From the NCBI GenBank assembly GCA_035506715.1, contig DATJOW010000095.1, positions 5,393-69,392 of the forward strand: a stretch of 64,000 nt of DNA, in the 5' to 3' direction. A program made the translations under genes and the position numbers. The DNA is from Candidatus Acidiferrum sp. (GTDB lineage Bacteria; Verrucomicrobiota; Verrucomicrobiia; Limisphaerales; UBA11358). The notes beneath the pieces are model-generated. The model was not told the DNA's origin. It ran no database searches and was given only the letters and a program-made list of their open reading frames with translations. Shown piece by piece: positions 42,663 through 51,810 of the stretch (position 1 is its first letter; each line of letters begins with the position of its first letter).

Positions 42663-43262
42663 ATGAGGTGGAAGATGACTGACAATTATTTGAAGTTCGT
42701 GACGGTGGCGCTGTTTTGTGCTGCCGGATGCACCACGATCACGCCGACCGCCCGTTTGGAGCCGGTGGGACCCAATCCGACCCTGACCGCTCGAAATGCC
42801 GGTCCGGGGTTTTTGCAGGTTTTCTCAGCCAGAGAAAGAATCCCCGTTGACGTCAACGGCGAGGAGTTCTTTTACGACAACGACTATGGCAGGAATGCCT
42901 TTTTGCGCTATGCGGCGCATACCAGTTATGCCATCTACGCGCCCGATGGCCGCCAAGTGCAGCAAGTGCGCAACAACGCTGGTAATATGAATAATCCCGA
43001 CCCGAGCACCGTGTCGCTGTCCCCAGGGGTTTACGAAGTTGTTGCCGCTGCGGAGGATTACGGGGATGTCACTTACCCGGTGAGAATCCCGGTTGTCATC
43101 GAACCCGGGCTGACGACCAGGGTTCATCTGGACGGGCAGTGGAGCCCGGCTGTCTGCGGCAAACAACAGGACAAGCTGGTCTGCCTGCCCAATGGCCACT
43201 GGGCGGGCTGGCGTTCGCCCCGGCCGGTAGAATCGCCCGCGCTGTCCCAAGCCAACATTTGA
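42663..43262 (+). CDS. Lipoprotein, paralogue family member P1
   Basis: Lipobox VALFCAAGC. Shares LxPVGPxP, LxVFSA, PGxYxVxA, VxIPVVIEPxxTTxVHLDG and LVCLPNGxWAGW with ORFs 44998..45501 and 56422..56967. Confidence 0.7.
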   Translation: MRWKMTDNYLKFVTVALFCAAGCTTITPTARLEPVGPNPTLTARNAGPGFLQVFSARERIPVDVNGEEFFYDNDYGRNAFLRYAAHTSYAIYAPDGRQVQQVRNNAGNMNNPDPSTVSLSPGVYEVVAAAEDYGDVTYPVRIPVVIEPGLTTRVHLDGQWSPAVCGKQQDKLVCLPNGHWAGWRSPRPVESPALSQANI

Positions 43263-43356
43263 ACCCACCCAACCGATTCGCCGGCGGGGGCGGCTCCGGA
43301 CTGAATAGGCCGTTCCGGGTTTCCGCGCCTTTCGTCTCCTGAACCGCCAGTCAATG

Positions 43357-43394
43357 TGAATCGAATTTAATCTGTCGCTCACGCACTTTTAATG
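43357..43394 (+). promoter_or_regulatory. TGAAT-N4-TTTAATC-N15-TTTAATG cis-motif (site 2)
   Basis: TGAATcgaaTTTAATCtgtcgctcacgcactTTTAATG. It ends 11 nt before the porin ATG (43406). Confidence 0.45.
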
Positions 43395-43405
43395 AACGCC
43401 GGATA

Positions 43406-44968
43406 ATGGAGAGCCTCATCGTTTCGATGAGGGCGGCTCAATTCAAGGAGGTCCTGCGGCTGATAGTCATTGGCGCCGCATGGTGTGCGCTGCAGGTTGG
43501 CGCCCAAACCCCACCGGCCGCGTCGCCACCGCCGGCGCCGTCGGATAATCCGCTCTTGGACACACTGATTCAGAAGGGCGTTTTGACCGAAGCCGAGGCC
43601 AGGCGCATTGAGGCGGAGACCGCTGCGCGACAGACCAATGCCGGGTGCCAACTGCCAGCGACCAAATGGAAGATAGCCGACGCCATCAAGACCATCCAAC
43701 TATTCGGCGACCTCCGGTTGCGCTACGAATATCGCGGCGTGGATAATGTTCCGGGTGCAACGCCGTCCACGTATTACCGCGAGCGGTTCCGATATGCTCT
43801 CCGCATCGGTTTGCGCGGCGATCTGCTGGATGATTTCAATTACGGCGTTCGCGTGGAGACATCCAACAATTCGCGCTCACCCTGGGACACGTTTGGCAAC
43901 AACACTACGAGCGGCTCGGTCACGCCCTCGGACAAAAACTCGAGCGGCCTTTATCTGGGCCAGGCCTACCTTGGGTGGCGTCCCGCCAGTTGGTACGAAA
44001 TGACCGTCGGACGGATGCCGATGCCGCTTTATACGACGCCGATGGTTTGGGACTCGGATATCAGCCCGGAGGGGGCGTTCGAAAAATTCAAGCTCTCATG
44101 GGGCGGGATGGACTGGTTTGTGGATTTCGGACAGTTCGATTACCAAGATCCCAACCAAGCCACCGAGGTCCCATCAAGCGACACATTCATCCTCGCCTGG
44201 CAGGCGGGCGCCAGCGGGAAGATCAGCACGGACACGTCGTTTAAGGTGGCGCCGGTGCTGTACACCTATACGGGGGTCGGCAGCACCAACGGCGGGAATG
44301 CCAACGGATTAAATGTTCCTTATGTTGGGCAGGGAAGTCTTGGCTACAATGTGAACTACCAGGGGGGAAACGCTTACAATCAGAACGGCATCAACGATCT
44401 CCTGGTGCTGGAAGTGCCCGCTGAAATTGATTTCAAGATCCGGGAGACCCTGTTGGGCGTTCTCCAAGCGCGGTTATTCGGGGATTTTGCTTACAACCTG
44501 GACGGGGCGGATCGTGCCCGCGCGGCCTTCCACGCCGGCCAGCAATCGGGTGGCCAAGCGTTCCCCGGGGTTGCCGGCCCGGTGACCAGCCAAGTCAAAG
44601 CTTACCAATTCGGGATCGGTATCGGCAGTGCCGGGCCGGCGTATGGGCCGACTCAGGGATTGGTCTACGGTTCGACCTCCCAGAAGAAAACCTGGGAACT
44701 GCGCTTTTATTGGCAGCACATCGAACAATACGCCTTGGATGTCAATCTGCTGGATTCCGACTTCTTCGAAGGGCGGGCGAATCTGCAGGGGTTTTACTCG
44801 GCGTTTGCCTATAGCATCACTGACGACATCATCGGCACCGTTCGGTTCGGCTACGCCAACCAGATCAAAAGCAACCTGGGCACGGGTGGCAATAATCTGG
44901 ATATCCCCGGCATCAATCCGATAAACAATTACCACCTGCTGCAAGTGGATTTAACCTGGCGGTTTTAG
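43406..44968 (+). CDS. PVC-type putative porin (outer-membrane beta-barrel)
   Basis: Signal peptide. N-terminal helix motif LLDTLIQKGVLTEAEARRIEAE. Long alternating beta pattern. C-terminal ...YHLLQVDLTWRF with a terminal Phe. Confidence 0.7.
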   Translation: MESLIVSMRAAQFKEVLRLIVIGAAWCALQVGAQTPPAASPPPAPSDNPLLDTLIQKGVLTEAEARRIEAETAARQTNAGCQLPATKWKIADAIKTIQLFGDLRLRYEYRGVDNVPGATPSTYYRERFRYALRIGLRGDLLDDFNYGVRVETSNNSRSPWDTFGNNTTSGSVTPSDKNSSGLYLGQAYLGWRPASWYEMTVGRMPMPLYTTPMVWDSDISPEGAFEKFKLSWGGMDWFVDFGQFDYQDPNQATEVPSSDTFILAWQAGASGKISTDTSFKVAPVLYTYTGVGSTNGGNANGLNVPYVGQGSLGYNVNYQGGNAYNQNGINDLLVLEVPAEIDFKIRETLLGVLQARLFGDFAYNLDGADRARAAFHAGQQSGGQAFPGVAGPVTSQVKAYQFGIGIGSAGPAYGPTQGLVYGSTSQKKTWELRFYWQHIEQYALDVNLLDSDFFEGRANLQGFYSAFAYSITDDIIGTVRFGYANQIKSNLGTGGNNLDIPGINPINNYHLLQVDLTWRF

Positions 44969-44997
44969 TCCCCGTTCCGGTCCTAGCCCGACGCCCC

Positions 44998-45501
44998 TCA
45001 CGAATTTTTCCTCCAGCCAACCCATCGGCCATCGGGGAGACACACACTGTTGGTTTTCCCCGGCGCTGATTTCACCGGCCGCAAATCGTCGCCATCCAGA
45101 TGCACCGTTGTGGTCTGGTTTGGCTCTATCACGACGGGAACTGTCACCAGGCCGCAGCCATTTGCCCGTGCGACCACGCGATAGTGTCCCGCGGACAAGC
45201 AAACGACGACCGGGCTGTCCCAGGAGCGGCCCGTGTCATTATGCACCCGTTGCAGCAATTTGCCCTCCGGGGAAAGAATGCGGTAATCCGAATATTCCTG
45301 ATCGTAAGGGTCGCGGCTGTTGAAATCCGCATTGGCGGAGGCCGCGGAATAGACGACCAACGAGCCTGTCAGGGCATCCGTGTGCGCAACGATGGCGGGA
45401 GGCGGGCCTACCGGGTCCAGAACCAGTCCGGTTTCTGGCCCCGCGCAACCGGCGAGCAGCAGGCCTGCGCTGCCGCCCACAGCCGCAATTAATAATTTCA
45501 T
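44998..45501 (-). CDS. Lipoprotein, paralogue family member P2
   Basis: Lipobox LLLAGC. LDPVGPPP, LVVYSA, AGHYRVVA, VTVPVVIEPNQTTTVHLDG, SVCLPDGRWVGW. Confidence 0.7.
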   Translation of the reverse strand: MKLLIAAVGGSAGLLLAGCAGPETGLVLDPVGPPPAIVAHTDALTGSLVVYSAASANADFNSRDPYDQEYSDYRILSPEGKLLQRVHNDTGRSWDSPVVVCLSAGHYRVVARANGCGLVTVPVVIEPNQTTTVHLDGDDLRPVKSAPGKTNSVCLPDGRWVGWRKNS

Positions 45502-45547
45502 TTTCTCTTAACTGCTTTGCCACAAGTTCTCAGGATGCGATAGTTTC

Positions 45548-45585
45548 TGAGCAATTTTTAATCTGCCAGTCGGCCAGCCTTAATG
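45548..45585 (+). promoter_or_regulatory. TGAGC-N4-TTTAATC-N15-CTTAATG cis-motif (site 3)
   Basis: TGAGCaattTTTAATCtgccagtcggccagcCTTAATG. It lies 55 nt from the P2 start but is oriented opposite to P2. Confidence 0.35.
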
Positions 45586-45602
45586 CCGCCGGGATTGAAA
45601 GT

Positions 45603-45959
45603 CTAACAGACAGCGACCAGCGATACTGGTTCTTCGTCCGCATCCAGGACGGTCCCGGTGGCGCGTTTGTCCAACATCGGCTTGCCATCCACCAGAAATC
45701 GGTATTGATGATGACCGTGAGGCAGCCAGATCTGGACATACCACCAGCCTTCCTCCCGCTGTTCCATCAGGATGGGGCGCCAGCGATTGAAAGCGCCGGC
45801 CAGTTGCACCGTTCCTGCTCCGGGGGCGGAGCAGTAAAAATTGACGGGCTTGATGCCGTTGTGGCCGGTGTCGATTTCCTTGCCAGGGTTGGTTTGACGC
45901 GTGTTCATAAAATGGACTTTTTCGTTAGTGCTTTCTTTCCGACGTTGAACTGTTTTCAT
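45603..45959 (-). CDS. CBM48/AMPK-beta glycogen-binding-like (E-set) domain protein
   Basis: VNFYCSAPGAGTVQLAGAFNRWRP...GWWYVQIWLPHGHHQYRFLVDGKPMLD. The ATG at 45959 has AAGGAA upstream; 45908 is an alternative start. Confidence 0.65.
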   Translation of the reverse strand: MKTVQRRKESTNEKVHFMNTRQTNPGKEIDTGHNGIKPVNFYCSAPGAGTVQLAGAFNRWRPILMEQREEGWWYVQIWLPHGHHQYRFLVDGKPMLDKRATGTVLDADEEPVSLVAVC

Positions 45960-46680
45960 TGGCGTTCCTTCTTGGGCGCTCGGAATGCATTTGGACTTTC
46001 GGCGGCGCGGGAAAAGAGCGTCTCCGGTCATATCTCGGCTCACGAACCTCGCTGGCATAAAGTCCTTGCCGCCGGTTGCTTCCGCGCTGCGCCGGCCACG
46101 CCCCGATCGGGGTTTGGGGCGGAGCGGGATAGAGAGTAAACCGCATCAGGTGAAAGAGATTCAACGCAGCCACTCCGCCGGTTCGCAGGCGAAAGCACAA
46201 CCCCGGAAGCGTGAGAGGATAAAGCGGACAAAGGATTGCCTCCGGCCGGTCAAGGGGCGGTTCAGGCGCCGTCTCCAGGGCGAGAAACAGCGGTTGCTGC
46301 CCCGCCATTTCCACCTCCAGCAAGGAGGCCACCGCCCCTTCCAGTCCCTGCGCCGGGCGCCGAGGATCTCCCCGCTCCAAGTTCTGGTGCAGCGCCTGAA
46401 ACTCCGCTCCGGTCAATTCCACGGTATCCGCGATCTCCGACGGAAAAATCCAGCGTTCCGGCGGGTTGGAAACCAGATCCAATCGGACCACCTGGCGCGT
46501 GGGAACGGAAGTCAGCGAGTCTCGGCCAACAATAATTATTTTTTGCCGGGTAAAGACCTGGTCCGGTTGAAATTCATTTAGTTTGCGTTTTACCGGAATG
46601 GCTTCGTTTTGTCTGAATCGCTCGACGGAGCCGTCGGTTGCGTAAAGGCGGATTTCCAGATTGGGGGCGAGTGTATCCAT
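45925..46680 (-). CDS. Hypothetical protein
   Basis: 251-aa ORF in operon position between the DUF2934-like and CBM48 genes. No recognisable motif. The C-terminal 50 aa are basic and low-complexity, so the end may be over-extended. Confidence 0.4.
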   Translation of the reverse strand: MDTLAPNLEIRLYATDGSVERFRQNEAIPVKRKLNEFQPDQVFTRQKIIIVGRDSLTSVPTRQVVRLDLVSNPPERWIFPSEIADTVELTGAEFQALHQNLERGDPRRPAQGLEGAVASLLEVEMAGQQPLFLALETAPEPPLDRPEAILCPLYPLTLPGLCFRLRTGGVAALNLFHLMRFTLYPAPPQTPIGAWPAQRGSNRRQGLYASEVREPRYDRRRSFPAPPKVQMHSERPRRNANENSSTSERKH

Positions 46681-46687
46681 AAAATTT

Positions 46688-47035
46688 CTATTGGCAGGCG
46701 GGAGCAGACTGCGGTTCGTGGGCGCCGGGACGCAGAAGGGCCCGGCAGAGGGCCATCACCACCTCCTGCTCTGCCCGAAGCCAATCCTTCATCGCGCCGC
46801 CCGGGGCGCGATCGCCAGCAAACCAGAGATGCTGTTCCCTTTGCTCGATTTGAGTCTGTGCCCGCAGGTGCAGCTCGGTGGCCAGAATTGCCGCCGGCGG
46901 AAGATGGACATAAATCAGCTGGAAGTTTTTCCTTGCGGGTTCGGGGTGCTGCGCGCTGCGCCGACCAGCCAATCGTGCCGGAGGCCACAACTTGGAGCGC
47001 TTCTTCCGCGGGACAGGAGCAAGCGCAGGTTTCAC
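46688..47035 (-). CDS. DUF2934-like small protein
   Basis: The GTG at 47035 overlaps the upstream stop (GTGA). The C-terminal IEQREQHLWFAGDRAPGGAMKDWLRAEQEV resembles the DUF2934 pattern (AYxxWxxxGxxxGxxxxDWxxAExE). Confidence 0.45.
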   Translation of the reverse strand: MKPALAPVPRKKRSKLWPPARLAGRRSAQHPEPARKNFQLIYVHLPPAAILATELHLRAQTQIEQREQHLWFAGDRAPGGAMKDWLRAEQEVVMALCRALLRPGAHEPQSAPACQ

Positions 47036-47355
47036 GGCTGGATCTCCACGACTGAATTGAGGGAACCATAACTGTTCGGCACGTTTTCCGCGGCATCGGG
47101 GTTGTGGATCCACACTCCATTCACGATGAACTTGTACTCGTAGCGACCCGGCGCCAGCAGAAGACGTTTTTCCCACCAGTGATCCTCGCCGTGCCGGCGC
47201 ATCGGCAATTTGCCCGGCGCCCAGTTGTTGAAGTCTCCACACAGGTAAACCTCCTCCGCTTCGAGGCTGTTGAGGACGAACGCCACCTCTCGGGTCCGGG
47301 GTCTGCCGGAAGCGTGGCTGATTCGTCTTGGCTGGTTTTGGCCGGGTTTTGACAT
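47032..47355 (-). CDS. CBM48/AMPK-beta glycogen-binding-like (E-set) domain protein, paralogue of 45603..45959
   Basis: EVAFVLNSLEAEEVYLCGDFNNWAP...WWEKRLLLAPGRYEYKFIVNGVWIHNP. Confidence 0.7.
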   Translation of the reverse strand: MSKPGQNQPRRISHASGRPRTREVAFVLNSLEAEEVYLCGDFNNWAPGKLPMRRHGEDHWWEKRLLLAPGRYEYKFIVNGVWIHNPDAAENVPNSYGSLNSVVEIQP

Positions 47356-47477
47356 GTCTATCCTTTCGTTGCGTTGTTATCTGTTGCCGCGCTCGCCCTT
47401 TGGTGTCAGCGCCTTCGGCCGGGAATCCCTTTTATTCCGGCGACCTCCGCATCCCTGTAATCAATTGACCGATCGAA

Positions 47478-47506
47478 CATTAACCCGCCATGAAGCGGCG
47501 ATTAAA
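47478..47506 (-). promoter_or_regulatory. TTTAATC-N15-GTTAATG cis-motif (site 6, minus strand)
   Basis: The minus strand reads TTTAATCgccgcttcatggcggGTTAATG, 122 nt upstream of the CBM48 operon start. Confidence 0.4.
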
Positions 47507-47560
47507 ACTGGCGGGTCGCGGGGAGGGGGCGGCAGCGGAGCGCCCCCCGGCCGCGCTGTC

Positions 47561-47598
47561 TGAATAATTTTTAATCATTTCTTTAATGCCTTTTAATC
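47561..47598 (+). promoter_or_regulatory. TGAAT-N4-TTTAATC-N5-TTTAATG-N3-TTTAATC cis-motif (site 4)
   Basis: TGAATaattTTTAATCatttcTTTAATGcctTTTAATC. It ends 19 nt before the response-regulator ATG. The outer boxes are 22 nt apart. Confidence 0.5.
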
Positions 47599-47617
47599 AA
47601 CGTTTGGCTCTATACGG

Positions 47618-48313
47618 ATGTCCAACATGGCAATGAGAATTCTCCTGGTGGAAGATGAAAGAAAGGTGGCTGACATCATCGCCCGCGGCCTCAAGGCGGA
47701 GCGGTTTGCGGTTGATGTTGCCCAGGACGGCCAGGGGGGCTGGGAAATGGCTGACGCCTACAACTACGACTTGGTCATTCTTGACCTGATGTTGCCCGGC
47801 CTGAGCGGCACAGAAATCCTGCAACGGATTCGCCGGAAAAACCAGGAGGTGCCCATCTTGATTCTCACCGCCCGGAACGGCATGGCCGATAAAATCAAGA
47901 ATTTCGAGGCCGGCGCCGATGATTATCTGACCAAGCCCTTTGCCTTCGCCGAACTGCTGGTGCGCGTGAAAGCACTCCTGCGTCGAGGGCCGGTGAACCG
48001 ATCCAGCGTATTGCGCGTCGGCGATCTCGAGGTGGACCGGCTTTCCCAACAGGTTCGGCGCGCCGGCCGAAGAATTGAACTGACCGCCAAGGAGTATGCC
48101 TTGCTGGAATACCTGGCGACGCATCCTGACCGGGTGTTCTCGCGAACCATGATCATCGAGCATGTGTGGGACCAGAGTTTTGAGGGGTTGACCAACATTG
48201 TGGATGTCTACGTGCGGCATCTGCGCGAAAAGCTGGATGATCCGCATCCTGTCAAGCTGATCCGCACGGTGCGGGGCGTCGGTTACTGTCTCACCGAGGG
48301 GGGGCAACCATGA
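47618..48313 (+). CDS. OmpR/PhoB-family response regulator (CusR/CopR-like)
   Basis: Receiver domain (ILLVEDE, LVILDLMLPG, TKPF) and a winged-helix output domain (LTAKEYALLEYLATHPDRVFSR...IRTVRGVGY). Confidence 0.9.
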   Translation: MSNMAMRILLVEDERKVADIIARGLKAERFAVDVAQDGQGGWEMADAYNYDLVILDLMLPGLSGTEILQRIRRKNQEVPILILTARNGMADKIKNFEAGADDYLTKPFAFAELLVRVKALLRRGPVNRSSVLRVGDLEVDRLSQQVRRAGRRIELTAKEYALLEYLATHPDRVFSRTMIIEHVWDQSFEGLTNIVDVYVRHLREKLDDPHPVKLIRTVRGVGYCLTEGGQP

Positions 48314-49731
48314 ACACGCGCTCCATCCGGTTCCGCCTGGTCATGTGGTATGCCGGCCTGCTTGCCGGTGTTTTTTTCCTTCTCGTTGTGCTGCTGTACT
48401 TCAACCTGAGGCATTTTCTGGAAAATGATCAGCGCGCGTCGGAGGCGCGTCGCGCACGCCAGATCACCCAAGCCCTGCTGGTTCATGTCAAGCAAACCGG
48501 CGAAGCGTATGTGGCAAGTCAGGTTAAGGATTGGTTCGAGCCGGAGATCAACGGTCGCTTCATCCGGATCACCCGGGCTGATGGTGGCGTAATTTACGAG
48601 TCCGGACCGCCGAAAGATGGCAGTTTCAACCCCCAAGAGGTTCCGGCGCTGACACCATCAGCCCAGGCGGAGTTTTCCCGCAAGCTGGCACTGTCCGGAG
48701 GCAAGACCATGCTGGTCTCGGCCCTGAATTTCCAATCATCGGATCACATCGGCTATCGGGTGGAATTTGGCGAGTTGCTGGATCCGGTGGAAGCGATGTT
48801 AAACCATTTGTTTCTGCAACTGGCCTGGGGCCTGCCCATCGCCGTGCTGGCGGTCGCCGTTGGCGGCTACCTCCTGGTACAACGCGCCTTGCAGCCCGTC
48901 GCGCAAATCACATGTTCGGCTGAGCAGATCTCACAACACAATCTGAGCGAGCGCCTGCCCGTGACCCGGACCGGCGACGAACTGGAACGCCTTTCTCATT
49001 CGCTCAACCGCATGATTGGCCGGCTCGATGATGCCTTTCAAAATTCTAAGCGCTTCGTAGCCGATGCTTCGCATGAGTTGCGTACGCCCCTGACAATCCT
49101 GCGTGGCGAATTGGAGGACCTCGCCGAGAACCAGCGCCTCGACCCCGATTTGCGTTCCCGCCTGGGCAGTCTGCTTGAAGAAGTCGAGCGCCTGGGCAAG
49201 ATCGTCGAGCAGTTGTTCGCGTTGTCGCACCTGGATGCCGGCGAGGCGCAAACCGAGTGGGCGCGTTTTGATCTGGCCACCCTGGCGAAGACTACAGCGG
49301 AACAGATGAGTCTGCTGGCGGAGGACAAAGGCCTCCACATCGTCTGCCATGCCGACCGGAAAGTGCCGGTGGAAGGCGACCGGTCACGGCTCAAACAGGT
49401 GGTGGTGAATCTGCTCGACAACGCGATCAAATACACGCCGGTGCACGGGACTGTTCAATTGAACGTCCGAACCATCAACGGCCATGCCCTGCTCGAGGTG
49501 GCTGACGATGGCATTGGCATTCCGCCCGATGCCCTGCCTCATGTCTTTGAACGCTTCTACCGCGCGGACCCGAGTCGTTCCGGAGATTCGGGTAGCGCCG
49601 GGCTGGGATTGGCCATCGTGAAATCCATCTGTACGGCTCACGGCGCCGAAGTCGAAGTGCAAAGCACCGTCGGCGGCGGCAGCCGGTTCCAGGTCAGGCT
49701 ACCGTTGTCCCGGCAGCCCGACAGCCCCTGA
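48310..49731 (+). CDS. Sensor histidine kinase (heavy-metal-sensor-like architecture)
   Basis: Two TM segments flank a periplasmic domain. HAMP domain, H-box ASHELRTPLT, N box LLDNAIKYT, G boxes DDGIGI and GSAGLGLAIV. 4-nt overlap with the regulator gene. Confidence 0.9.
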   Translation: MNTRSIRFRLVMWYAGLLAGVFFLLVVLLYFNLRHFLENDQRASEARRARQITQALLVHVKQTGEAYVASQVKDWFEPEINGRFIRITRADGGVIYESGPPKDGSFNPQEVPALTPSAQAEFSRKLALSGGKTMLVSALNFQSSDHIGYRVEFGELLDPVEAMLNHLFLQLAWGLPIAVLAVAVGGYLLVQRALQPVAQITCSAEQISQHNLSERLPVTRTGDELERLSHSLNRMIGRLDDAFQNSKRFVADASHELRTPLTILRGELEDLAENQRLDPDLRSRLGSLLEEVERLGKIVEQLFALSHLDAGEAQTEWARFDLATLAKTTAEQMSLLAEDKGLHIVCHADRKVPVEGDRSRLKQVVVNLLDNAIKYTPVHGTVQLNVRTINGHALLEVADDGIGIPPDALPHVFERFYRADPSRSGDSGSAGLGLAIVKSICTAHGAEVEVQSTVGGGSRFQVRLPLSRQPDSP

Positions 49732-49738
49732 TCGCCAT

Positions 49739-50923
49739 ATGAAAATTCCCCAGGTCCATAAGCGTCATATGCTTCGGTTCTTCCGGAGACCCCGGCTGCT
49801 CGGCGTGGCGGCGGCAATTGTCGCGTTCCTTCTGGTTGGGTTTTGGCCTGTTCGCGGCACTCGCACTACCAACGCCGACCCGGTTCTGTCCGCCGCCATC
49901 CCGACCGTGGCCGTGGCCAAGGTCGGCCGGGAAGATCTTTACCAAGAAGTCACCTTTCCTGCCGAATTCCGCCCTTACGAAGAGGTCGAGCTGCACGCCA
50001 AAGTCGCCGGGTATGTAAGGCAAATCAACGTGGACTTCGGTGACCAAGTGAAGGCCGGCCAGCTTCTGGCCACGCTCGAAGTGCCCGAACTGCAGGATGA
50101 ACTGCGCAACGCGATCGCGACGGAACAGAAAACTTCGGCGGATTATACCAATGCGCACCTGATTTACACCCGGTTGCAGGCGGTGAATCAAAAACATCCC
50201 AATCTGGTCGCCCAGCAGGACCTCGACACGGCCGAGGCAAATGAACATACCGCCGCGGCTGCCAGCGCGGCTGCCCGGGCCAATCGGGAGAAATTTCAAA
50301 CCTTGGTGGAATATACAAAGATCACCGCGCCTTTCGACGGCGTCATCACCCATCGCTATGCCGACCCTGGCGCGTTGATCCAGGCCGGAACGGCTTCGGA
50401 TACACAATCATTGCCGTTAGTGCGGCTCTCGGACAACTACCGGCTACGCTTGGATTTTCCCGTGGACGTGGAATACGTGAAGGACATTCAGCTCGGTGAT
50501 CCGGTCAAAGTCAATGTCGAATCGCAGGATGGAAGGACCTTTACCGGCACCATCTCGCGCTTTACCCGCAACGTGAATGACGCCACGCGAAAAATGACAA
50601 CTGAGATCGAGGTGCCGAATCCAACGTTGGCGCTGGTGCCGGGCATGTACGCGTCGGTTGTCTTGAGCGTGGAGAAACGCTCCCAGGTGCTAACCATTCC
50701 GGTCCAAGCGGTGGACGGCGGGCAGAAGAACTTTGTCCGGGTCCTCAATCCCAAGAGCGAAATCGAAGAACGCGCCGTGACCCTGGGTCTGGAAACCCCG
50801 GAGAAATACGAGGTCGTTTCCGGCTTGCGGGAAGGGGAGTTGGTCGTGGTCGGCAACCGATCACAATTTCAGCCCGGACAGAAAGTCGTCCCCAGAGCCA
50901 CCCAGCTGCTTTCCCGGGAATGA
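49739..50923 (+). CDS. Efflux RND periplasmic adaptor (MFP/HlyD family)
   Basis: N-terminal anchor, lipoyl/hairpin/beta-barrel pattern (VAGYVRQINVDFGDQVKAGQLLATLE ... ITAPFDGVIT ...). Confidence 0.85.
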   Translation: MKIPQVHKRHMLRFFRRPRLLGVAAAIVAFLLVGFWPVRGTRTTNADPVLSAAIPTVAVAKVGREDLYQEVTFPAEFRPYEEVELHAKVAGYVRQINVDFGDQVKAGQLLATLEVPELQDELRNAIATEQKTSADYTNAHLIYTRLQAVNQKHPNLVAQQDLDTAEANEHTAAAASAAARANREKFQTLVEYTKITAPFDGVITHRYADPGALIQAGTASDTQSLPLVRLSDNYRLRLDFPVDVEYVKDIQLGDPVKVNVESQDGRTFTGTISRFTRNVNDATRKMTTEIEVPNPTLALVPGMYASVVLSVEKRSQVLTIPVQAVDGGQKNFVRVLNPKSEIEERAVTLGLETPEKYEVVSGLREGELVVVGNRSQFQPGQKVVPRATQLLSRE

Positions 50924-51095
50924 AAATCGAAGTTAAACCATTTGCCAATCGGACCTTTTTTGTTCCACGAATGGTCCACCGGCAAAACGCGAAACCCAGC
51001 CTCGCCCGACCGCCCTCATCGAATCAGCAGCCTTCCGCGGACCGGCTGAAAACCAGAGGCGCGGCCGCGCCCGGAATGTGCGGCTTATCCTGCCA

Positions 51096-51791
51096 ATGAA
51101 AGCGCTGCTGTCCTCCGACCAATTGGCGGCCTTGGGCCGGCTTGATGCCTGCACCCTGGCCAATGCCATTGAAACCTTTCAGGAACGGTTGCGTAACGAG
51201 GGTTTTGCCGATGGCACCGTGCATTGCCTGTTCCCGCAATTGCCGCCCATGGTCGGATTCGCAGCCACGGTCAAAATCCGCGGGTCCGCGCCGCCCACCG
51301 CCGCCAACCCATATCCGGACCGCACCGACTGGTGGGATTATATTCTGTCGCTGCCGGCGCCGCGGGTGCTGGTTGTGCAGGATGTGGCCAGCCGGATCGG
51401 TTTGGGTTCCCTGCTCGGGGCGGTGCACGTCAACATCCTGCGCGCGCTGGGTTGCGTAGGGGCGGTTACCAATGGAGCGGTGCGAGATATCCCGGCGGCA
51501 CGAAATTTAAATTTTCAACTCTTTGCCGGCAGCCTGTCCGTTTCCCACGCTTATGTGCACATTGTGGAGGTGGGGGGCGCGGTCGAAATCGCCGGATTGA
51601 ACATCCGGTCTGGCGATCTGCTGCACGGCGATTTGCATGGCGTCCAAACCGTCCCGCTTGCCATCGCTGGCCGGATTCCGCCCGTGGCGGCCCACATCCT
51701 GGCGCGGGAGCAGGAATTGATTGCGCTCTGCCAAACGGAAAATTTCTCGGTGGAACAATTGCGTACGGCCATCCTGGAGGACGGAACCTAG
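51096..51791 (+). CDS. RraA-like family protein (RraA / HMG-CHA aldolase fold)
   Basis: LDACTLANAIE...VLVVQDV...GSLLGAVHVNILRALGCVGAVTNGAVRD...GDLLHGDLHGV resembles the RraA-like fold pattern. Confidence 0.6.
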   Translation: MKALLSSDQLAALGRLDACTLANAIETFQERLRNEGFADGTVHCLFPQLPPMVGFAATVKIRGSAPPTAANPYPDRTDWWDYILSLPAPRVLVVQDVASRIGLGSLLGAVHVNILRALGCVGAVTNGAVRDIPAARNLNFQLFAGSLSVSHAYVHIVEVGGAVEIAGLNIRSGDLLHGDLHGVQTVPLAIAGRIPPVAAHILAREQELIALCQTENFSVEQLRTAILEDGT

Positions 51792-51810
51792 GCCTTCTCT
51801 CCTTTATTCC

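Noticed and set aside
45705-46139. + strand 144-aa ORF downstream of cis-motif site 3, as a possible target gene explaining the site orientation
   Set aside because: It lies antisense to the CBM48 gene and the 251-aa ORF, and its product is compositionally shadow-like with no motif.
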